NCBI GenBank assembly: GCA_034722955.1
Contig: JAYEOM010000028.1
Span: 1-50,416, forward strand
Direction of reading: 5' to 3'
DNA: 50,416 nucleotides
Source: Campylobacterota bacterium
GTDB taxonomy: Bacteria; Campylobacterota; Campylobacteria; Campylobacterales; Sulfurovaceae
Shown: piece after piece, positions 38,201 to 46,223 of the stretch
How the letters are laid out: the number at the start of each line of letters is the position of its first letter
Position numbering within the stretch: the first letter of the stretch is position 1
Notes under the pieces: generated by a model
What the model was told of the DNA's origin: nothing
Databases searched by the model: none
The model's input: only the letters and a program-made list of their open reading frames with translations
Made by a program: the position numbers and the translations under genes

Positions 38201-38466
38201 AACACTACCTATATAGTAGAGATATTATAGAGCTAGAGAAGATCTCTCAGAGTAGTGATTTTAAGATAAAAGTAGTAATAGATATTAACAGTAATCAGCC
38301 ATATCTTCTATTTCTCACTCTGGATAGTGAGGATATTATGGCTATTGTTAAGTTAAATGCACTCCCCCCTTATGAGATAAAAGATATAGTTAGAGCAGAT
38401 ACTTTTACTAAATCGCTTGAGCAGTTCTATCTTAGCAGTAGCAGTGATATATTGAGAGTTAAGTAG
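35260..38466 (+). CDS. PgsC/CapC-family membrane protein: tandem double CapC fused to a large soluble C-terminal region
   Basis: GWIFSGLVVPGYL...FFGRDRF...FGLIIVALIANQL matches CapC; second copy GWDFNGILVPSLL...EGARKM...FGYLLSTLIAIKM; about 700 further soluble residues. Confidence 0.8.
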   Translation: MSEIYLPILPSSYLSHSVVTTVWIGIMVIGFFNLRFGWIFSGLVVPGYLTPLLLIKPLSVGVILFESVVTYLFVYIISEAAANRGLWTNFFGRDRFFALLVGSVMVRLTFDGWILPWLSAYTLETYGFNLDYQDSLHSFGLIIVALIANQLWKPKLFYGLIQLTITVGITYIIIRYFFVAYTNFSLSNISYLYEDVAGSILASPKSYIILITTAFIASRMNLFYGWDFNGILVPSLLALQWYQPSKIFISFVEAYIILGLSIVVLKLPIFQNISIEGARKMLLFFNIGFFYKIFISFFIVYFYPDHKVSDYFGFGYLLSTLIAIKMYDKVNIALFTRTTLQTSIVSIVIATTIGYMLTLIPSSNYFYAKKSSRVEDNIESNQSIISYLENEKINLYNHHQNSTVDSPTPAKLEIFKKLLHHIDEDFYTNIEKIKQLSSELNYKIKVVERRYIVLSQESGYSGWGIFIIDLTPSGDLVIEVPYPLEANNMIQSSTMVMKYTKAKALSISGAPFSIEKNILSDAYNNYYSLYHTFHQHYARGGVLQIRRLGRHLYRRLMGKASLPDIYRPLNSLLFIKGYMPKHLHLAQLKRSLENLNIEWNRDTGFSLQKESMSNRFAELYLSRHDRQQLISSYEYTKDMRVEHEESIDSIERLLQVWLLDKKIEIASMASQKYKKPTLQELRFFDQAILTPLCDILDSWEERVLDEKQIKRELQSIAIASRAIGYSLTWYVDTANQEKYIILHEVPSPTKHFWGTYVFGVGKREDLMIQVPRPFYESYTFEYSLELFEQLNAKVLMLSGAHPLANSNREADVMLFGNRENIFNLVSQVIYRESRLKQMSALQIRGKGTEELDEIDGGRAILSLGQSVESVDDLNPVESLIYNYLKIHTPTVLNDGNLYSAGYESDAIQSSYLKQSINNSFSILWLPYSIRNQYRQSDETDSVIGAFRSLNVEVERLDFLSISSRYSIANSAIAPEHMEDLEHYLYSRDIIELEKISQSSDFKIKVVIDINSNQPYLLFLTLDSEDIMAIVKLNALPPYEIKDIVRADTFTKSLEQFYLSSSSDILRVK

Positions 38467-40875
38467 ATGAGAAAAATACTCCGTTATCTCTTTCTGTTGT
38501 CAATATTTGTGATCTCTCTTGTATGGTATTTTGACCCTATCTCATGGATGACATCCATAAAGGAGAAGAACTATCATACCGAAGAGAGAGCTAGAGGCAG
38601 CAATACCTATCTTTTGGACTTATCGAAGTGGTTGACTTTTCCTATTGCATCTTTTTCCAAGGAGATCAAGTTTTTATTGACAGCAAATCTACCTGCAGAT
38701 ATTGAAATAGTTGAGAATATTTCAGATATAAGATATAGTGTAGAGTATGAGATGGTTGACAGCAGTGGAGAGATTTTGGTATCCAAGATATATCATCTGC
38801 GTGCTTCATACCTCCTATTTCGTGATGATACAGATAATTTTGTCTCCAAAAGCTTCTATCTAGGAAGCAGACTAAGACCAACTACTAGTGAATCTATCGT
38901 CATCGACATGCAGCGCTATCCAACAGCTACTCATATACGACTAAAACTAAACAACAAAGAGAGTCGCATAGAAGATGTAGTAGTGCGTAGCTATCATCTA
39001 GAGACTACACCTGAGCATCGTAAAGATATAAAGTGGGAGCGCCTCTCCAAAAAAAAACAGGAGCATCTATCAAGAGGAAATATCTATCACCCCTCTTTGA
39101 TGACACGACTAGAGAAGCATAGAGTTGTATCATCTTTTTGGAAACCAAATGGTCCATTAGGTATAGATGGCAAAAGATACAGAACACGGCGTCTATTTAC
39201 TCTAAAAGATTCTGACAATATACACCCATATATAGATATAAAACCTATCATATATGCAGATAAGAGCTTAGCTGCTACCAGATATCTGCCAAAAGGAAGT
39301 TATGGAATCAAAGTAGCAAATCTAGAGACTAACTCATCACTAGTTAGACTCAACTCATATAGCAGTACCAAGAGCCTATCTCAAAAAAACTATATCTTAG
39401 ATAGTGATATGATGACTATAGAGCATACTCAGTTAGAGAGTGGTCCTATAGAGGTATCGAGTGATTACGGCATAGAGATAGATATCATTGACAATAGCAC
39501 AAAACTAGAGTTGCATCTACCTGCTTTTATCTCTGCTGACTATTATGATGTTAACCAAACGGCATCTCTGCTATATAACTTTTATACTCCTAGCAGGCGT
39601 TATATTCAACTAGAGTGCCGTAGTGCAGAAGAGACAAATAGCACTCTAACCATGGAGATGAGAGATATAGATGGCAATATTATAGAGAGCATAGAGCAGC
39701 ATATAGAGGCAGTTGCTTCCAGATATGACTATCGCGATGATTTTGTACCTGTAACCGAGGCATATAGATTTTCGTTTTTGGCTAGTGAAGATCTACATAC
39801 TATGGAGATATTTTCAAACTCTCCGATGAGTATCAGGCTATCTAGTCGTAGTCCAAAGATACCATATCCTGTCTACTCTTTTGGCAAAGTTGATAAGCCT
39901 GAGTACTCCCGTTTACCTAGCTGGTTTCATATGCGTCCAGAGAAGTTCGACAAAACAGACTTGAAAGAGAGAAGAACAAAGCTCTATACTCAATCCAAAC
40001 CTCCTATTGTGGATCCACTCATAGAGTCAGGAGATTATGATTATGAACAGCTATTTCCTGATGAAGAGTGGAGAGGATATACTCTGCTTTTAGATCGCAA
40101 ACTAGGTAGAGATGCTATTCGTTCACAAAGTTGGAGTAGTCTATATAGTGCTATAGAGTCAAATCACCAATACAGAGTCTCGTTTCATAGCAGAGGTGGA
40201 GTAGAGGAGGTAACACCACGGCTATTATATATGGACTTGAACTCTACACCGCAAGATATAGAGATTTATGATGGTGATAGCCCGATAGCAAAAGAGAGAC
40301 TGTATAGAGCTTCAGGAGATATATCTCTACCGCAATTGAAAGTAGATAGAGACTATAATCTCACTATTGTATCACCCCAAACAGAGAAGTTCTATCTAAG
40401 TCATACTGATGATGGGGTATCAATACACAATCAACGCACTTTTATTCTATTTCAAAAACCTCTACATTTCACTCTAAACAAGAGGATAGAAAATGAGTCT
40501 ATTGGTATAGAGCTTGCCACTCCTATGACTGCTCTATTGGGAGAGGATAGGGTAGTGGAATTTTTTGTAGATATATCTGCATCTAATAACTCTATATTTG
40601 AAGAGATCTTAAACCAACCAAGAGACAAAAGAGCATACCATAGGTATCAACTATTTGCAGATATTTCACAGCAAGATGTATACAATATCACAAATCCAAA
40701 ACAGAAACTCTCTCTTTCACGCTCCATCTATCTAACTCTAGGAGAAAATTTACCAAAAGGAAAGTATACTATCACTATATATCCACCACAAGATCTCAAC
40801 CAATTATATATCTTTATGAATCATATCATACTAGGTGAGAGATCAAAAATCCAAATAAGCATGGAGAGAGAGTGA
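38467..40875 (+). CDS. Membrane-anchored or exported hypothetical protein (802 aa)
   Basis: Single N-terminal hydrophobic segment and beta-rich composition. ATG abuts the previous stop and the 3' end overlaps the next gene (GTGA). Confidence 0.85.
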   Translation: MRKILRYLFLLSIFVISLVWYFDPISWMTSIKEKNYHTEERARGSNTYLLDLSKWLTFPIASFSKEIKFLLTANLPADIEIVENISDIRYSVEYEMVDSSGEILVSKIYHLRASYLLFRDDTDNFVSKSFYLGSRLRPTTSESIVIDMQRYPTATHIRLKLNNKESRIEDVVVRSYHLETTPEHRKDIKWERLSKKKQEHLSRGNIYHPSLMTRLEKHRVVSSFWKPNGPLGIDGKRYRTRRLFTLKDSDNIHPYIDIKPIIYADKSLAATRYLPKGSYGIKVANLETNSSLVRLNSYSSTKSLSQKNYILDSDMMTIEHTQLESGPIEVSSDYGIEIDIIDNSTKLELHLPAFISADYYDVNQTASLLYNFYTPSRRYIQLECRSAEETNSTLTMEMRDIDGNIIESIEQHIEAVASRYDYRDDFVPVTEAYRFSFLASEDLHTMEIFSNSPMSIRLSSRSPKIPYPVYSFGKVDKPEYSRLPSWFHMRPEKFDKTDLKERRTKLYTQSKPPIVDPLIESGDYDYEQLFPDEEWRGYTLLLDRKLGRDAIRSQSWSSLYSAIESNHQYRVSFHSRGGVEEVTPRLLYMDLNSTPQDIEIYDGDSPIAKERLYRASGDISLPQLKVDRDYNLTIVSPQTEKFYLSHTDDGVSIHNQRTFILFQKPLHFTLNKRIENESIGIELATPMTALLGEDRVVEFFVDISASNNSIFEEILNQPRDKRAYHRYQLFADISQQDVYNITNPKQKLSLSRSIYLTLGENLPKGKYTITIYPPQDLNQLYIFMNHIILGERSKIQISMERE

Positions 40876-41696
40876 AAAATATTATTATACTACTTCTATC
40901 TATCTCTATTGTTGTGGCAAAAGATGACTTTAAGCGATACTATTTTCAAAGCAAATCTCCAACCTACCAATCCATCAACGATAGAGAGTATCAAACAGCG
41001 ATTAAACTCTTTGGAGTGCTCTTTCAAAATCGTCAACTAAATCTCAATGAGAAGAGGATGCTTCACTCTATAGGGCTTAAAACTCTTCTATCGGATGATG
41101 AAAAGATGCTTCTATCGGATGATGAAGAGAATGGCAGAGGTCTCTATATGATTAGATATGCCAAAAATAGAACACCCAAAAATATGATAAGTATACCTCA
41201 TCGCTTCTATGATATAGGTACTGGAGTGATAGGGTATCAGCTGATGCAAGAGCATAGCTATAGAGCTATAGCCTTCAACACAGTACATCGAAAAGTTATG
41301 GATGCTGCCCATACACCACAAACACTATTTAACGCATTTCATGTAGCATTTGCCAAACATTATGCAGATGAAAATATATATCAACTACACGGCTTTAGTC
41401 ATAAAAAGCGTAAATTGACCTCTAGAAAGATAGGAGAAGCCATAGTAAGCAGTGCAAGCATAACTCCCACAAAACAAGCCAAAAATATAGATGAGTGTCT
41501 GCACGCTCAAGGGATAGATAGTCTGCTCTATGGTAGAGATATATTTGAGCTTGGCGGAGAGACCAATACTCAAGCAGAAACTTTGAGAGCTTATGGATTT
41601 GATAACTTTATTCATATAGAGATGAGTAGTCTACTGCGTAAGAGATTAAAGGAGAGTAGTGTAGCCCGTCAGCAGATCATAGAGTGCTTGCCGTGA
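40872..41696 (+). CDS. Exported putative Zn-dependent hydrolase, PghP-like (gamma-PGA hydrolase / carboxypeptidase-A fold)
   Basis: Signal peptide. Motifs ISIPHRFYD.GT, QLHGF, LGG.TN.Q and FIHIEMS..LR parallel the PH...E.GT / S.HG / Q.E.S...R motifs of PghP-type enzymes. Confidence 0.6.
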   Translation: MKNIIILLLSISIVVAKDDFKRYYFQSKSPTYQSINDREYQTAIKLFGVLFQNRQLNLNEKRMLHSIGLKTLLSDDEKMLLSDDEENGRGLYMIRYAKNRTPKNMISIPHRFYDIGTGVIGYQLMQEHSYRAIAFNTVHRKVMDAAHTPQTLFNAFHVAFAKHYADENIYQLHGFSHKKRKLTSRKIGEAIVSSASITPTKQAKNIDECLHAQGIDSLLYGRDIFELGGETNTQAETLRAYGFDNFIHIEMSSLLRKRLKESSVARQQIIECLP

Positions 41697-44600
41697 GATT
41701 TGTACTATCGTTGATACTATATATAGGGTATATAGCAGAGGCTGGTATCAATCCTCTAGTTCTCTTCAATCAAGACAATATCAAACACCATCAAGCTCTT
41801 ATACCACTGCCATCAGATCAGATTTTTAAAGCCAAAAAGCTAAATAAAAATAGATATCAACTCTCTATAGATGATGAGGCTTGGGTCACTATAGAGGCAT
41901 CACAGACACTATATATCTATATGGAGGATAAAAAAAAGTGTAACCTCACACTACTTGCTTCTCTTGATGGACGACTCTATCACCATCAAAAAGTTTCACA
42001 AGAGAAGGGAAAAAATGGCAAATATTTTTACCGTATCAAAAATAACTTTAACCAGATATTGGCTCTAAAGTTAAGCAGCTTTACCCCAACTTTGATCTCT
42101 TTGGCAACAACATATCCAGTATCACCTATACAGAAGATATCTCCACCATCTATATCGCTGCCGTTAGGAGAGGATAGCCATGTCATATATAGATCTTCTC
42201 AAACTTCCAGACGATATGATAGGTTCCGTATACCTACAAAATCCTCTATCGGGTTGACAGGGCCTGGAACACTAGAGATAGAGACCTCTATGCCTGTAGC
42301 TACGGCAGAGAGTCTCCAGCCAAAGAGAGAACGCATCAAAGTGACCCAAGAGAAAAAAGAGCCTAAGATACTAGAGAGTCTACAGAGTCTTAGTTTAAAC
42401 TACATAAAGGGTGACAACCATACAAAGGTGACTCACCCAAGTTCACACTATATCCCCATAGATGCAGGAGAGCATAATATCACGATAGAGACTTATGGTG
42501 ATACTTTGATTCGTGCAACTCTCTACAAGCAGAGACTATTAAATAGTAAAAACAGCAGCCATCTCATATGGAGAGTACCAGATGTCCTCTCCTATCTCAA
42601 TCAACCTAAATGGAAAAACTCCAACATAGAGGCGGGATTGAAGCGAATGGAGATGATACTTGATAAAAAAGAGACTATAGCAGATACTATAGAGCAGAAC
42701 CACCTTATCGCTTCTGCCCTAAAGAGTACGACACTAGATCTACTCTATCCTAGCAACATCCCTTTTGGTACAATAAGAGATGCATATTATGGCAGATATA
42801 AACTCTATCAACCAAAGATGGTAGAGAGACTTCTCTCTATGCCAAACTCTTATGATATACCGGATCTAAGTCACCTAAAGAGGGGTTTTTTCGTAGATGT
42901 ACCAAAGAGTTCTGCAGCTGATACTTCAAAGGATAAGATACTGCTATATAAGCTAAAAAAGAGAACTTATAGAGATACCCAGATAGAACTTACCATAACA
43001 GCAGAGACCAACAGTAGTGTAGAGTTCTATGTAGATAGTGACAATATGTCCAGAGAGAAGTTCTCATTTTTTGCTCATACTCCATTAGAGTCTATATCTC
43101 TATCCAAATCTATCCAAGCCTACCAACGCCTATCGAAAAGATCCAATCCTCAAGAGATAATATCTCTCATCAAGGATAGCTCTCCTATCCCTCTGATAGA
43201 AGAGACAGCAACTATCCAACTAACTCTGCCAAAAGGCACCAAGAGTATCTCTATCTCTCGACCAGATAACTCAGCACCCATCAAAATATCAGCTAGGGTA
43301 CGGGCAGGACGCATCTATCAGGATAGTGCTTATGCTCTAGGTCACAACTATGCAGATAGCTATAGACGATTTATTAACACTCTTAAGTTTGATGCTCATG
43401 TCCAAGAGAGGTTTGACCCTTGGTATGAGCAGACACATGCACTGCGTCTATGGATGCAATCACTTATATGGGGTGCTAACAGAGTAGTAGATAGAGGTGT
43501 AGCCATAGATAGCTCAAAACTTCTCTATGCAGAGAGGATTGCCAGGGATGGAGACAAATTTACAGCGATACAGATAGCAAAACATATGCTGCTATTGAGC
43601 AAAAACTCCAAACTTAGAGATGAAGCCTATAGACTACTGCTTGAACTATCATCAGAGACTACACAAGCACTTGTATGGCATGTAGTATACTTCAGAGAGA
43701 GCGGATCTCCAAAAACATTGGAGAAGATAGCCCAACTACTACAAGAAAATGGCAGATACTCTCTAGCCTTGAGTGCTAGACTGCTCCTAGATAGAGGCTC
43801 TAGCAATAGTAAAAAGATAGCCAATCTATCAATCCTGCTCAACAAAACTCAACCAGGCAACTACTCACACACTCCAAAGGGGGATCCACTCAATGAGAAG
43901 AGAAAAATACTATCCCAAAAGTCAAATCTGCACAATCACTCATCTAAAGATATAGAGATAACTGCATCAGCAGGTGTAGTCTGGATATACTCAAAAAATA
44001 GAGACCTATATGGATATCAACATAGAGCTGCTAGAGAGCGACCTGTAGCAGTAGAGATAGATGGCCCACGGACTATAGAGCTATCTTTGCGATTTTTAGA
44101 TAAGGTCTCATCATTTGGATGGGTGAAGATAGAGTATAAAAAAGAGATATATCACTATCCATTGACCAACTTTAAACCATCTACTTCATTGTCATTGGAG
44201 CCGGGCAGTCAAACAGTAAGTATAGCCAATGCCCTGAAGCTGACTTTTGGTGAAGGGAAGCATCGCATAACAATTCACGGATATAGCAGAGATATAGGAG
44301 TAAGTGTTGATGGATATCTACCAAAAGAGTCACTCTATCCTAAATTAAGCAGACAGATACTCAAAACATCTGATGGTACACCATCTATAGTGATAGATGG
44401 CAAGCCTACAGTGACCATACCTTATATATCTGCACTATTATGGCGTGATAGATATGGGGATGAGACAGAGTGCTACCGAGTGAGAGCTAGAGCATGGATG
44501 ATGTCAGAGAATAGCAGGAGAGAGCTCAAAGATGAGCAGAGATCCATATTGAATATCTTGACTCGCAATAGTAAGTTTCCGCTATATTCATCACTAGAGA

Positions 44601-46219
44601 CTGTTATGGGATTTTATAATATACCTGTTGGTGTGTGGCACCCCTCCTCAACACTTCAAAAAAACCGTACAGAGTTACTAAGTGATATGGATAGATATGA
44701 TAGAGTCTTGATAGGCACAAACCAGCATATCATCCATCTACAAGCAGAACAAAATATCACTATAGAAGCAGAGCAGATCTCAGTAGAGTATCTACCTACA
44801 GAACCACTATCGTTTGCTATATCCATAGATCATCAAGCAGAAGAGATTATAGAGCTAAAAGCAGGTAGACTCAAGTGGCAAAGAGAGTTTGAACTAGGAG
44901 ATGGTGAGCACCATATAAAGATCAGGATTGTAGACCCTATATCTACTCACTATTTAGGATTTAGACTACTATCAAACGGTAACCACTTAGAGCAGAAGTA
45001 TACTCAGCGATTCTATCTAACAAGCCGAGATAATCCCATCACCATATATGAAGAGGGACCAAAGCTTCTGCGTATAGAGGAGCGATATGTTGATGAGAAC
45101 ATAACAACTAGATATATATATTTACCGCAAAAGATTTCATACAAGCAGGAGATATATCCATCCAAAAAAGCAAAAGAGAGTATGGTTCGTATCTCTCGTA
45201 TGGTACTAGATCCTCTATCTAAACCACTTAGGGAGATGGATAGCAGTGCTATCATGCCTACTACTGATAGTGACAGGGTAGATAAGGAATTCTCTATCAC
45301 ATATCCACAGTTTGATATGGGTAGCTATAGGCCTCTTCCTCAATCATTTGATACTACTTGGAGTGTAGCAGTCAGCTCTCGCAGTGTGGAGCTATCATCT
45401 GATGATGATGTCGAGTCTGTAGCACAAAATGTGATAGAGGCTGGTATCTTTGGACGGAAGAGAGTTGATGATGAGACCTTTCTTCGTCTACACTACTTTA
45501 GGAGATTTTATGATAATCCGCTAAATGCTATCAGATCTAAGCTCTATACCAAATTGCCTTTTGAAAATCTATGGGGTACCTTTGAAGTAAATGCTTATCA
45601 GCAGAGGAGTGACTATCTATTTAGAAACCTTCATATAGAGGGTGAAATACTCAAAAAAGAGCCACTAGGTGATGGATGGCAACACCAATATGGAGGAGGT
45701 CTCAAAAAGTATTTTTTAGACTATGATGATCCAGAGAGTCCGTCGCTAGACCCACTTGTCTATAGTGAGTACAAAAAAGATCATCAGCATGGGGGATATC
45801 TTCTCTACAATCTACACTATAACCCATATGATGATTTTGGGTATCAGTTCAAGATGAAAGCAAGCTCAAATGAGCAGTTAAATACAGTAGACTATGTAGG
45901 TGCAGGGTTGAAGGTAAAACATCTTATGTATCCTATGGATTTGACACTATATTATGATGGGAAGTACTATTTTGAGGATGAAGATCGTCCTGAGGATTAT
46001 AGTATCAACCGCATAGGTGGAGCAGTAAACTACAATAACTTCTTTGATGATGAGAGACTATCCCTGCAAGCATTGGCATCATACAAAGTAGAGAGTCAAG
46101 ATGCTCAGCTATCACTACAGCTCATATGGCACTTTAGCAAAAATAGAACTTACTATAACTTTATGCCAAGAGAGCAATCCTTCAACTCTTTGCATCTGCT
46201 GCTAGATGATACTTGGTAG
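41684..46219 (+). CDS. Giant exported protein with a helical TPR-like middle and a probable C-terminal outer-membrane beta-barrel (alternative GTG start at 41693)
   Basis: N-terminal signal; repeated beta-sandwich-like motifs (GPGTLEI, GEHNITI, GPRTIEL, GKHRITI, GEHHIKI, GPKLLRI); Ala/Leu helical block at about aa 610-710; last ~290 aa with amphipathic aromatic strands ending QLSLQLIWHF. Confidence 0.7.
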   Translation: MLAVRFVLSLILYIGYIAEAGINPLVLFNQDNIKHHQALIPLPSDQIFKAKKLNKNRYQLSIDDEAWVTIEASQTLYIYMEDKKKCNLTLLASLDGRLYHHQKVSQEKGKNGKYFYRIKNNFNQILALKLSSFTPTLISLATTYPVSPIQKISPPSISLPLGEDSHVIYRSSQTSRRYDRFRIPTKSSIGLTGPGTLEIETSMPVATAESLQPKRERIKVTQEKKEPKILESLQSLSLNYIKGDNHTKVTHPSSHYIPIDAGEHNITIETYGDTLIRATLYKQRLLNSKNSSHLIWRVPDVLSYLNQPKWKNSNIEAGLKRMEMILDKKETIADTIEQNHLIASALKSTTLDLLYPSNIPFGTIRDAYYGRYKLYQPKMVERLLSMPNSYDIPDLSHLKRGFFVDVPKSSAADTSKDKILLYKLKKRTYRDTQIELTITAETNSSVEFYVDSDNMSREKFSFFAHTPLESISLSKSIQAYQRLSKRSNPQEIISLIKDSSPIPLIEETATIQLTLPKGTKSISISRPDNSAPIKISARVRAGRIYQDSAYALGHNYADSYRRFINTLKFDAHVQERFDPWYEQTHALRLWMQSLIWGANRVVDRGVAIDSSKLLYAERIARDGDKFTAIQIAKHMLLLSKNSKLRDEAYRLLLELSSETTQALVWHVVYFRESGSPKTLEKIAQLLQENGRYSLALSARLLLDRGSSNSKKIANLSILLNKTQPGNYSHTPKGDPLNEKRKILSQKSNLHNHSSKDIEITASAGVVWIYSKNRDLYGYQHRAARERPVAVEIDGPRTIELSLRFLDKVSSFGWVKIEYKKEIYHYPLTNFKPSTSLSLEPGSQTVSIANALKLTFGEGKHRITIHGYSRDIGVSVDGYLPKESLYPKLSRQILKTSDGTPSIVIDGKPTVTIPYISALLWRDRYGDETECYRVRARAWMMSENSRRELKDEQRSILNILTRNSKFPLYSSLETVMGFYNIPVGVWHPSSTLQKNRTELLSDMDRYDRVLIGTNQHIIHLQAEQNITIEAEQISVEYLPTEPLSFAISIDHQAEEIIELKAGRLKWQREFELGDGEHHIKIRIVDPISTHYLGFRLLSNGNHLEQKYTQRFYLTSRDNPITIYEEGPKLLRIEERYVDENITTRYIYLPQKISYKQEIYPSKKAKESMVRISRMVLDPLSKPLREMDSSAIMPTTDSDRVDKEFSITYPQFDMGSYRPLPQSFDTTWSVAVSSRSVELSSDDDVESVAQNVIEAGIFGRKRVDDETFLRLHYFRRFYDNPLNAIRSKLYTKLPFENLWGTFEVNAYQQRSDYLFRNLHIEGEILKKEPLGDGWQHQYGGGLKKYFLDYDDPESPSLDPLVYSEYKKDHQHGGYLLYNLHYNPYDDFGYQFKMKASSNEQLNTVDYVGAGLKVKHLMYPMDLTLYYDGKYYFEDEDRPEDYSINRIGGAVNYNNFFDDERLSLQALASYKVESQDAQLSLQLIWHFSKNRTYYNFMPREQSFNSLHLLLDDTW

Positions 46220-46223
46220 TTAG

